Shown here: one piece after another, positions 50,101 to 62,340 of the stretch | Layout: every line of letters begins with the position of its first letter | How positions within the stretch are numbered: the first letter of the stretch is position 1 | From: Antedon mediterranea | Taxonomy: Eukaryota; Animalia; Echinodermata | DNA length: 64,000 bases | Assembly (NCBI RefSeq): GCF_964355755.1 | Contig: NC_092676.1 | Location: forward strand, 1,059,788-1,123,787 | Direction: 5' to 3' | Notes under the pieces: generated by a model | What the model was told of the DNA's origin: nothing | The model's input: the letters and a program-made list of their open reading frames with translations, nothing else | Database searches by the model: none | Made by a program: the position numbers and the translations under genes

Positions 50101-53100
50101 TGATTGATCATAGACTAAAAACCAAACATAATTTTGTTTTGACACTTTGTGAAAATTTAAGTCATATCAAGCGCAAACTTTCTATGGATTAAAAATAGCA
50201 TGTTTCACAAAAAGTTACGCGCGCACGCGCGTTTAAAATTTTGGAGTGCGAAAAATCAACTTCTAATCAACTTTCTATGCGTTTCATGTCATTTTGAGCA
50301 TGTCAAAAATTCCCACGCGCGCGAAAATTTTTACGCACGCGGTGCACATGTAGCGTTAAAAACATATTTTTTTCGCGTGATTTATGTTTTTTCAGCCTTT
50401 TCTAGTAATGTTACCAAATTTTAAACAATTTTGACTTAAAATTACGTCATACGAGCACGTCGAATTAGATAATTTGCACGCGTTTTTGGTGAAAAAGTTA
50501 AAAAATTCGTCAAAATTATGCCTATTTTTAAACAGTCATAGATTCTAAACTACATGGAGAACTTATTTTTAATTACATATTCTGGAAGTTGATGAGTTGT
50601 AAATATCGGATCATGCATTAATATGGCTAACCGGAGACTGTGACGTCATCGTATGGCCACGCGAATATAAAATATATGATTTTTGTCTCTTTCGTCATAG
50701 CTCATCACATTTAATAGAGCGCATCTCCACTTATTCGTTGTCCATTTTCACCCCGATTTTAATATATTCTAGGTCAATCAACTATCTTTTGCTTGAATAA
50801 AAATTTTTTTAATTTTTTTAACGTCATCATGCCTAAAAATTTAAATTACGTTGGTCATTAATTTCATCTTTACAGTAAATTTTAATCTGTTATACCTCGT
50901 AAGAATAAAATGTGATAATCACGATTAAAACGTTTTCAGGAAGCTATTGTATTGTAGATACAAAATCATGTGTAAATTGTGCCAATCGAATGTTGTGACG
51001 TCATCATATGGCCAGTTAAATAAAAAAAGTCGTATTTTCATCTTTTGCATTATATTTCATTACATTTAAAAGAGCGCGCATCAATATTTCACATACTCAA
51101 ATTTCTTCTACACGTTAATATGTTGTTGCTGAGATAATTTCATTCAGAAATTTCTACTTTTGCATTTCATTTTGAAACCGTCAAGATGTTAAAAATTACA
51201 ATAAAATACGGGTCCCGTAATTTCACCTATTTTACACTGTTTGTGATATGTATACAGATTGTACTGTGTATACTATATGACAAAAAATAACAGAATTCAG
51301 AAATAACAACATATCATATTCTTCAGTTCAGGTCATAATGCCTTAATATTTTTCTGTGTGCAATATTCTAACGTATGACGTGCACGTGGCGTTTGTCGAG
51401 CGGATAACTAACTCGTCAAAGTGACGAGTTTCATGTCTAGTCTTCTTTCTTTCTGTATGATTTTTGTGTAACGCTTTTCTCTAAAACTTGCAAACATAAC
51501 ATTTTGTTAACTATGTTAACATTTTGACATTTATGTAACGTCGTCAAGCGAAGCTTTTCATGATGTTTACAATCGCGCAACGTGACGTACGCGCGATTTA
51601 ACGATTTTCTCGTATTTAACATATGTCGAAAACCAAATAACATTTTAAAGTGAAACTTTGCAAAAATTTAATTTATATCATGCGCTAACCTTCTGTTGAA
51701 AAAAAATTGCGTGTTTTACACAAAGTTACGCGCGCACGCGCATTTAAAATTTCAAAATGCGCAAAATTAATTTCTAATCAACTTTCTATGCGTTTCATGT
51801 CGGTTTAAGCATGTCAAAAATTCCCACGCATGCGCACATTTTTACGTGTGCGGAGCGCACGTAGCATTGAAAACGTATTTTTTTCGCGTGATTTATGTTT
51901 TTCCAGCCTTTTCTAGTAATTTTACCAAATTTTAAACAATTTTGACTTAAAGACACGTCATACGAGCACGTCGAATTGGACAATTTGCGCGCGTTTTTTA
52001 TGAAAACGTTAAAAAATTCGTTTAAAATATGCCTTTTTTAAAACAGTCGTAATTTCTAAACTAAACGGTCAACTTTTTGTGGATGGCATTTTCTGGAAGT
52101 AGATGAGTTGTAGATATTGGATCAGGTATTAATATGGCTAACCGGACATTGTGATGTCATCGTATGGCCACGCAAATATAAAATTTAGGATTTTGTATCT
52201 TTCGTCATAGCTCATCACATTGAATAGAGCGCATCTCCACTTATCCGTTTTCCATTTTCACCCCGATTTTGATATTGTCTAGGTCAATCAACTATCTTTC
52301 GCATGAGTTAAAAATATTTTAATTTTTTTTACGTCATCGTGCTTAAAAATTTAAATCACGTGTGGCATTAATTTCATCTTTACAGTAAATTTTAATCTGT
52401 TATAGTTCGTAAGAATAAAATGTGATAATCACGATTAAAACTTTTTCTGGAAGCTATTGGACTGTAGATACGAAATTATGTAAAAATGTTGCCAATCGGA
52501 TGTTGTGACGTCATCATATGGCCAGTTAAATAAAAAAGGTCGTATTTTCATCTTTTGCGTCATAATTCATTACATTTAAACGAGCGCGCATCAATATTTC
52601 ACGTATTCAAATTTCTTCTACATGCTAATACGTTGTTGCTGAGATAATTTCCTTTCGGAATTGCTACCTTCGCGTTTCATTTTAAAACCGTCAACATGTT
52701 AAAAATTGCAATAAATAGCGGGTCCCGTAATTTCACCTATTCTACACTGTATGTGATATGGATACAGATTATACTGTGTATACTACAGTATATATGAATT
52801 TAAACAATAAATTTCAGCAATAACAACATATCATATTCTTCAGTTCAGGTCATAATGCCAACGTGAACACTTCCTTTTGTCCTCAACCTATCCCCTTAAT
52901 GTTAATGTTGCACCACTTGCGCGGCGGATAACCAAACTCGTCAAAGTGACGAGTTACATGTCTAGTGTAATTTTGGTTTTGTTTTTTACTATACCCATTC
53001 AACTAGAACCCTCCACAAGGAATATCAAGTTTTTAAACTGAATATTGTTATAGATTTATTTGCAGATTTCCTAGATTGCTTAAATCATAGTATATCCTTC

Positions 53101-56100
53101 TAGTCATGTATAATTCTCTTGCTTTTTGTCTGAATTGTATTGATAGTTTAAGTTATAAGTTATTTTTGTATTTTTTGGTTATCCGCCTCAAGCGGATAAG
53201 CCCTTGTTATTGTAAGGATCTTTTTTTTTTTTTTTCTTTATTAGTTATCCGCTTAGTAGCGGATAACTCCTTGTAATCGTCCTGTTTCATCAAATTTTTT
53301 TTTTTCTGTATTATACTTCTTTCTTTCTGTCATTTTTGTGCGTTGCGTTTCTCTAAAACGTGTAAACAGAACATATTGTAACTTTGTCAACACATCGACA
53401 TTTACGTGAACTTGTGCACCTCCTATTTTTGAATGATGTCAGAGTTGCGCAACGTGACTTACGCGCGATTTTATGAATTTCAATGATTGATCATAGACTA
53501 AAAACCAAACATATTTAGTTATCCGCTTAGTAGCGGATAACTCCTTGTAATCGTCCTGTTTCATCAAATTTTTTTTGGTTATCCGCAACTTAGTTGCAGG
53601 ATAACCCATGTGATTGTAAATATCTTTTTTTTTCATCATCTTTGTTCTTCTTTCTTTCCCTGATTTTTGTGAGCAGCATATCCCCTATTGCTTGTGAATA
53701 TATCTTTTGTATAACTTTGTCATTATATGGACATTTACCTGAAGTTGTGCACCTCCATATTTTGAATGACGTCAGAGTTGCGCAACGTGACTTACGCGCG
53801 ATTTTATGAATTTCAATGATTGATCATAGGATAAAAAATAAAAGTCATTTTGTATTGACATTTGGTGAATATTTAAGTCATATCAAAGGCAAACTTTCTA
53901 TGGATTAAAAATGGCATGTTTTACAAGAAGTTACGCGCGCACGCGCATTTGAAGTTTCAAAATGCGCAAAATTAATTTCTAATCAACTTTCTACGCTGAT
54001 CATGACATTTTAAGCATGTCAAAAATTCCCGCGCGCGCGGAAAAATTGACGCGTATGGTGCGCACGGAGTACGAAAATCATGTTTTTTTCTCTTGAATTG
54101 TCATTTTCTAGCCTTTGCTAGTCATTTTAAAAAAGATTTACATCATTTCAAATTAAAATGACGTCATACGAACACGTTGATTTAGACAATTTGCGTGCGT
54201 TTTAGTTGCAAAAGTGACAAAATATTGTCAAAATTATGCCTACTTTGAATCTATTATAGCTCCTCAGGATCAACCGTTACCCCCAATTTTTTTAATTTAA
54301 TATGTAAGCAGATATGTTGTAGATATGAATTCATGCAGAATCTTTACCCCTCGGATGTTATGACGTCATCGTATGGCCACACGAATGTAAAATATTGGAT
54401 TTTTGACTGTTTCGCTATTGCTCATTACATTAAATAGAGCGCATATTGCTTATACGTATTCCATTTCCTCATATATTTTAATACTGTCTAGGTCCATCAA
54501 CTATCTTTCGCATGAGTTAAAAATATTTTAATTTTTATGACGTCATCATGTCTAAAAATGTAAATAACGTCGTTCACCTATTTTCATCTTTACAGTAAGT
54601 TTCAATCTGTTATAGCTCGTCAGAATAAAAAGTGATAATCATGATTAAAACGTTTTCTGGAAGCTATTGGATTGTAGATACAAATTCATGTGAATATTTT
54701 GCCAATCAGATGTTGTGACGTCATTATATGGGCAGTTGAATTCAAAAGGTCATATTTTCATCTCTTGCGTAAAAGTTCATTGCGTTTAAACGAGAGCGCA
54801 TCTCTCTTTTACGTGCCCAGAATTCCTCAAATTTGTATTAATGTAATTATTTAGATAATTATCTTCTAAAATTGTTATCTTTATATGTCAATTTGATGAC
54901 ATCATCGTGTTAATAATTGGATTTAAAAGATGGTCTCGTAATTTCGTCTATACTACACTGTATATAACATATAACAGTGTATTCTATAATATGCTGTATG
55001 CTACATGGTACAATTCAGCACTGAAAACATGTTTAATTCATGTCATAGGATGGCATAATATTTGTCGAAGTTCATATAGTTTAAAGTATGTGCATGTTGC
55101 CTTTGCGCGGATAACCCGAACTCGTCAAAGTGACGAGTTCAAATCTAGTTTTTCTGTATTATACTTCTTTCTTTCTGTCATTTTTGTGCGTCGCGTTTCT
55201 CTAAAACGTGTAAACAGAACATATCGTAACTTTGTCAACATATCGACATTTACGTGAACTTGTGCACCTCCTATTTTTGAATGACGTCAGAGTTGCGCAA
55301 GGTGACTTACGCGCGATTTTATGAATTTCAATGATTGATCATAGACTAAAAACCAAACATAATTTTGTTTTGAGACTTTGTAAAAATTTAAGTCATATCA
55401 AGCGCAAACTTTCTATGGATTAAAAATAGCATGTTTCACAAAAAGTTACGCACGCACGCGCGTTTAAAATTTTAGGATGCGAAAAATCAACTTCTAATCA
55501 ACTTTCTATGCGTTTCATGTCATTTTGAGCATGTCAAAAATTCCCACGCGCGCGAAAATTTTTACGCACGCGGTGCACACGTAGCTTTAAAAACATATTT
55601 TTTCCGCGTGATTTATGTTTTTTCAGCCTTTTCTAGTAATGGTATCAACTTTTAAACAATTTCGACTTAAAATTACGTCATACGAGCACGTCGAATTAGA
55701 TAATTTGCACGCGTTTTTGGTGAAAAAAATCAAAAATTCGTAAAAATTATGCCTATTTTTAAACAGTCATAGATTCTAAACTACATGGAGACCTTTTTTT
55801 TAATTACATATTCTGGAAGGTGATGAGTTGTAGATATCGGATCATGCATTAATATGGATAACCGGACATTGTGACGTCATCGTATGACCACGCGAATATA
55901 AAATATAGGATTTTTGTCTCTTTCGTCATAGCTCATCACATTTAATAGAGCGCATCTCCACTTATTCGTTGTCCATTTTCACCCCGATTTTAATATATTC
56001 TAGGTCAATCAACTATCTTTTGCATGAATTAAATTTTTTTTAAATTTTGTTAACGTCATCATGCCTAAAAATTTAAATTACGTTGGTCATTAATTTCATC

Positions 56101-56672
56101 TTTACAGTAAATTTTAATCTGTTATAGCTCGTAAGAATAAAATGGGATAATCACGATTAAAACGTTTTCAGGAAGCTATTGTATTGTAGATACAAAATCA
56201 TGTGTAAATTGTGCCAATCGAATGTTGTGACGTCATCATATGGCCAGTTAAATAAAAAAAGTCGTATTTTCATCTTTTGCGTTATATTTCATTACATTTA
56301 AAAAAGCGCGCATCAATATTTCACGTATTCAAATTTCTTCTACACGTTAATAGGTTATTGCTGAGATAATTTCATTCTGAAATTTCTACTTTTGCATTTC
56401 ATTTTGAAACCGTCAAGATGTTAAAAATTACAATAAAATACGGGTCCCGTAATTTCACCTATTTTACACTGTTTGTGATATGTATACAGATTGTACTGTG
56501 TATACTATATGACACAAAATAACAGAATTAAGAAATAACAACATATCATATTCTTCAGTTCAGGTCATAATGCCTTAATATTTTTTTGTGTGCAATATTC
56601 TAACGTCCGACGTGTACGTGGCGTTTGTCGAGCGGATAACTAACTCGTCAAAGTGACGAGTTTCATGTCTAG
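47140..56672 (+). mobile_element. nested cluster of non-autonomous Helentron-type (HINE/DINE-1-like) elements
   Basis: Eight 5' ends with a GTTATCCGC...GGATAA hairpin (47145, 47219, 48371, 48447, 53177, 53244, 53518, 53577) and five 3' ends GCGGATAAC + AACTCGTC-AAAGT-GACGAGTT hairpin + CTAG (ending 49930, 51440, 52965, 55148, 56672). Related ~1.5-kb bodies, T-rich insertion sites, no obvious TSD. Confidence 0.8.
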
Positions 56673-57654
56673 TTTAGTTATTATAACCTTCACATAACAA
56701 AATGTATGTATTTACCCAAAAAATAAAGTGAATTCTGTCTCTATCTGATCCAAGGATGATACGCCCATCTTTGATTTGAAGAAAAGGAGGAAGCTAGCTG
56801 AGCAACCTCCTGGTGGCGTTTGAGCACGTGAGTCAATTAGATCATTATGGATGAATATTCATTATCGCCCTCTACTCATGGGTGTTTCTAATGCTAAGAC
56901 CATGAGAGAGAGAAGACAGCGCGTGCAAAAGGCAAGGAGGACCCTACGAAATTGTAGTATGCACAAAATACAACTAAAAATCGTACAAACTCAATAACAC
57001 CGTTCACATTTACTTACATAATCTACTAAACATATTTTGATTTTAGTCTTTCCATAGGTAGGCCTACTATATCAGTCTCCCTCTCGCATCGTGCGGAACG
57101 TTCCCGCAGCGGCATTTGTCAAAATGAATTTTAAAGTTTTTAATAAAACCCGCATTTTAATGAAACACATGCGTGACCACATAATTATTTGTCACACATT
57201 TAACAGAAGTATATGCGTGATCATTTTGTATCACTGTTTGAGAAGAAAATGCATTCAAATTGGTATATTTTTACCTTACAAAAAAGAATTGAATGAAAAA
57301 AACGTACTGAATTACAAACAAAAGAGACTGTCCCCCTTACTTATACGTTCGCATTAAAAACGCAAAATACGATCGTTTTGCTGATTCCTATAGCGCGCTA
57401 TGGGAGTGTCATTTCCGGTCCGGAATAAGATATTTATTATTTGTCATCCTTCAAAGCAGGATTGTATTCCACTGTATATATCCGTATACCGGCCCTGTTC
57501 CACTGTAGGTCTACACATGGAGCTATAAATTACTAATTTTATAGCTCCATGGTCTTCATATCCGTATGGTTTACGATGAAATCGGTCGCGATTGAAATCG
57601 GTCGTGATAAAATCAACCTCCGGTATTTTGTATGGCGCGCCGCTAGAGCTACTT

Positions 57655-58050
57655 TTGATTTACCTTTACCTTGATTTACCTTGACCTTTAGACTATAAAC
57701 CTGTTAAGGTTTGTGAGTCCCTCTTTGAACATCTTGGTTATATGGCTCAAACTTTAGGTTGTGGGTTTTCCAGTGTGTTTCAAGATGGGTTTTAAAATTA
57801 TTTATAGAGGATGCATTTACTATATGATATGGCAAACTATTCCAATCATTTACTGCAGATATTGAAAAGAATTTCTGTCTGTGTTTCGATTTACTATGAA
57901 CTTTTTTAATTTTAAAATTGTGGCCTCTAGTTACAGTAGATGGTGCTAATTCAAAAAAGACACCCGGATTAACATTATCATACTTTTGTATCATTCTAAA
58001 AATCTGTAAGCAGCAAGACCTCTTTCTTCGAAATGCTAATGATGGCAGTT
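57655..58050 (-). mobile_element. CR1-like LINE 3' fragment
   Basis: LPSLAFRRKR...TRGHNFKIKK...RQKFFSISAVNDWNSLP..IVNASSINNFKTHLE, followed by a short-repeat tail near 57655-57690. Confidence 0.8.
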
Positions 58051-58489
58051 TCATAAATTTCATTCGGTCACTATATATCCATTTATACTTATGCATACTG
58101 TGTGGTGGCAGATATATCATATCCATGTCGTTAATAACTTACTATTCTATATTATTATAATTATATTTATTTCTATTTTATTTATGTCCGTACGTAATGT
58201 AGGATAATATTAAGTATATAATGATTATTGTTAAGGCAAATCACGTGTATATTTTTATTTCTAATGTTTAAAATAGTTTTTAGTAAAATGATCATTATGC
58301 GGATGGTAAAAGTTACTGAAATAAACCCCAAAATAAGCCATATCGGAGATGCGCCTTCTATGATCGTGCAGCCGTTTCCTCTTCCTCTTCTTTCCGTACG
58401 TTATTTTGCTGACGGGGATTCCCCTTTTAAAAAAAACACGCACTGGAGTGTGTTAAACACGCACTAGTGTGTTGCACTTCGGACATCTG

Positions 58490-59510
58490 TACCTATGAAG
58501 GTGTGTGAAAAAATTGTGTTAAATAGGCTTAAGTTATCAGTTGCGGACCATCTTGACCCACTCCAATTCGCGTACTGCACAAACCGGAGCAATGAAGACG
58601 CTTTGATATAAGCTCCACCTAATGTACCGTTCATTTAGATGACTGGAAAACGAACCCATGCGTTAGGGTTATGCACTTTGATTTTAGTTCCGCATTTAAC
58701 ACAATTCAACCACACAAATTAGTCCATAAATTATTTGATATGAATGTTCCAAGTGTTTTAATTTCGATCGTTTGTGTTTAATTTTTTAGTCGAACGTAGC
58801 CAAAATGTTAAGTTACAGAATAATATTATCTCCGATACTGTGCGTACTAGTACTGGTGCACCACAAGGTACCGTATTGGCACCTTTTTTGTTTACTCTGT
58901 ACACGTCAGACTTTAGGTCGATATCACTGAGTTTTCCAATGATGCGGACGACTCGTGGTTGGACTTTATTAATAACAACAATTCTTCTATATACCTTTCT
59001 GAGATTATTCGATTTACCGATTACTGTGGCAATAATTTTCTTGAACTAAACATAAATAAAACGAAAGAAATGCGGATTGATTTTTGAAAACACAATAGGT
59101 CTGACAGTATGGACCCGGTATACATTAAGAGGTTGTTAACAATTATAAGTATCTGGGAGTAGTATTTGACTATAAGCTTAAATGGGGGGGGGGGGGGATC
59201 ATGTTGACCATTATAGTCAAGGCTGTACTGCCTGAGGAAACTTGGTTCGTTTGGCGTAAAGCAGGATATTTGTATAATGTCAGTAATGTTATCTATTTTG
59301 GAGTTATTGTATGTTGGGCTGAGCTGGGAATATCAGTAAAGGGGATAAACACCGAATTGAAAAGGTGCTGGGTAGAGCGGGGAAAGTAATTGGTTCGTCT
59401 GTGCAAACGCTTGACTCTTTCTACAGCAACGTCTTGCCGATGTGTTCCATGCTATATTGGAAGACACCAACCATCCTCTTCATAACGACATTATCGGCTC
59501 CGTTATCGTT
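58490..59510 (+). mobile_element. heavily decayed Rex1/Babar RT fragment
   Basis: MKVCEKIVL...LDPLQFAY, DFSSAFNTIQPH and STGAPQGTVLAPFLFTLYTSD with frameshifts; same family as the LINE at 22828-26028. Confidence 0.85.
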
Positions 59511-59907
59511 ATTGTTTTGATTTTACGATCATTCGGGAAACCACCTCACAACTTTTGGTAACAGCTTCTATGGCACTTACAGTACTTCTAATGTATTAAC
59601 ATTTAAATACCAATTATTTTATCTAGCTGTTTTAAATATTTTTTTTCTGATTTATTAAGGTTTTTGTTTGTCAGCCCATTAAACCATACTGCAAAATGTA
59701 AAACAGATTATATAACAGATTGATAAAATAAATATAAAATATCTCTATTAAAATCAATTTTCTTCAGTCATCTGATAAAATATATATACTTTTTGTATTA
59801 CAATTCCAGTTTAGTTTATCATCTAAAAATAGACCAAGATATTTATGCTCAGTACAATTTCTACTTCATTATTAAAAATAGTTTCAAGTCCTGCTATATT
59901 CATTTGG

Positions 59908-61535
59908 TATAGCAAAAACAAATGAAATCACATTGAATCTTACCATTTCGACAAAGTATAGGGATAAAAACACCAGCAACAGCTCCCTCTGTTGTTTCCA
60001 ATATGTTTCATAGTGACAGCACAATGTGTAATTTACTCTTCATACCAATCATAGTACTGTACATCTACTTGAATGTAGCATTGTAATATTAAAATACACT
60101 CAGCTAACTTTCCGATGTGACCTTTAACTGGAATTAACATATAAATTTACCATATTTATTCAAATAAATTCCCCACTTTAAATAAACTCCCCTATAAGAC
60201 ATTATTTAGAATAAATGTGTTGTATTTGTTCATAATTAGGGGGTATTTGTTTGATTATACTATACATGTTAACATATTATACCAAAAAAAAATAAAAGCC
60301 TCCTTCAAACGCACAGTATTTTATTTCTTAAACTATTTGGTCAGAGTAAACAGTATAATCAAGTAGATCTCTGTACTGTTGTCGTTATTTCTGATCAAAA
60401 TAATATTGCAAAAATATAGGCCTACAAAAGACAACAATTGAAAAAGCATTCTTTCTCTTTTTTAAAACTTTTATTCATCTACTTATCTTATCTACAGTAG
60501 TAACGGGTATAAAAAAAGAAAAATACATTCAACTAAAACCAACTACAGGCATTTATGTTCACAGATTAATTAACCAATAAGCTATTATCAAATTTACAAA
60601 ACGCTTCATCACAGAGCACTTGAACAATAAAAAAAACTAATTTCATCTAAAATACTATACTAGTTAAATTAATACTTAAACCTTAAATAGTATACTAGTG
60701 ATCGCAATAGCAACAAATGAAAATAATGCAGTATTGTTTATTGTAGGCATATATAGCAATGCATATTATTTTTCTGAGATATTTTTTAACCTCATAAGGT
60801 ATGCTCCTACTCTATGCCGGTGAAACTCTGGTATGTACAGAAATATTTCTGTCTCGTACACAGACGAGACAACGATTTACAACGTATCAACTTCAAATTA
60901 CAACTATAACTTATAGGTATTTCTGCCCTGTTTAACAAAAAAACAAGAGCAACATATTCCAACGTATCCATTAGCAATAAAGATCAACTCGACTTCGGAA
61001 TTTAGAATTCTCCTATCGTTCTCATAAACATCGTGCTGTCTTCACCATGGTACAAAAAGAAATGATAGTGGCAATACGTACGAGTGGTTCCACGCTATAG
61101 CGGACTGTCCCATTTATTAAGAACGTGAACTACTGTAAAATTCTTCTTTTCGTAATTGTTTTCGCACTTCGGGTTTATTCAGGTAAGCAGGCACGTAATA
61201 AAAATTATGCAACCAGTATTATAAAGACAGAGACTATTCACAGGTTCTTGATCTTTTTTGTCTAAAGTGACATAACAATGCTGTGTCATCAAATTTCAGA
61301 AGATTTCAATTTTTTTCAATGAAACAAATAAAAGTCAGTACAGTAATTCTTTGTTTTAACATACTGTACGTCTCTTTTTAAATGTATATACTTTGACCAA
61401 AAGCAGATCCAAGTGGATATCTGCACATGCTCATTCATACCTTTAACATAATGACAATTTTACTATTCAACTCATATAAAAATATTTTCAAATGTTTACT
61501 ATTAATGGTTTTGAAAGATGAAAGTAATGCATTTT
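59908..61535 (-). repeat. segmental paralogue of the NLR1 3' flank (about 31565-33930)
   Basis: Collinear shared blocks, e.g. TAGCAAAAACAAATG..CACATTGAATCTTACCATTT, CCAACTACAGGCATTTATGTTCACAGATTAATTAACC and AAAAGCAGATCCAAGTGGATATCTGCACATGCTCATTCAT. Confidence 0.9.
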
Positions 61536-61750
61536 TAAATGATTTCCATATATACTGTACTACAGTCTATGTCCATGACATTATCAATTGACAAGTTATA
61601 ATCACTCCATTTCAAAAGATCATTGCAATATATTTGATTTATCATCTTGGAAAGTGAAACACCTGATAGATCATTCTCGAGTCAGGTCAAGCATGTCAGG
61701 TTTTAATACCACTTTGTTTACTTCACATTCCTCCAATATCACTCCATTTG
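61535..61750 (-). pseudogene. orphaned terminal LRR unit of NLR2
   Basis: Reads ILEECEVNKVVLKPDMLDL...FEMSDYNLSIDNVMDIDCSTVYME with frameshifts; homologous to the NLR1 C-terminus (LSIDNVMDIDNSTIYMES). Confidence 0.8.
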
Positions 61751-61758
61751 AACATTTT

Positions 61759-62340
61759 ACAATCATATTAAGAGCTACAATCATATTAAGAGCTACAATC
61801 ATATTAAGAGCTACAATCATATTAAGAGCTACAATCATATTCAGAGCTACAATCATATTCAGAGCTACAATATTCAGAGCTACTATCATATTCAGAACTA
61901 CAATCATATTCAGAGCTACAATCATATTCAGAGCTACAATCATATTCAGAGCTACAATCATATTAAGATCTACAATCATATTAAGAGCTACAATCATATC
62001 ACTTCTTGAACAGCCTGCATAACCTGTTTTAATTGAAATTGTTTATGGCATGCCAATCTATGTTTTATATATATATATATATATTTTATCTGTATTTTAT
62101 TGTTAACCGTTTTTGATGTTGTATTGTTTTATGTTTCAAACCTGTTAGTGGCGGTATTTATCGCTGTTGGTTTTGATTGAATAAAATAAAATAAAAAATA
62201 AAAAGAGCTAGAATCATATTAAGAGCTAGAATCATATTCAGAGCTAGAATCATATTCAGAGCTAGAATCATATTCAGAGCTAGAATCATATTCAGAGTTA
62301 GAATCATATTCAGAGTTAAAATCATATTCAAAGCTATAAT
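61759..62340. repeat. 18-bp tandem repeat array interrupted by a ~200-bp insertion
   Basis: Unit AATCATATT[C/A]AGAGCTA[C/G] at 61759-61998 and 62203-62340; the insert 61999-62202 ends in (AATAA)n. Confidence 0.9.

Noticed and set aside
47202-55257. Short ORFs within the Helentron-type cluster
   Set aside because: No Rep or helicase motifs; frames are not conserved between copies.
57514-57551. Palindrome CATGGAGCTATAAA...TTTATAGCTCCATG as an ncRNA
   Set aside because: Most likely a tiny MITE remnant; nothing else supports an RNA gene.
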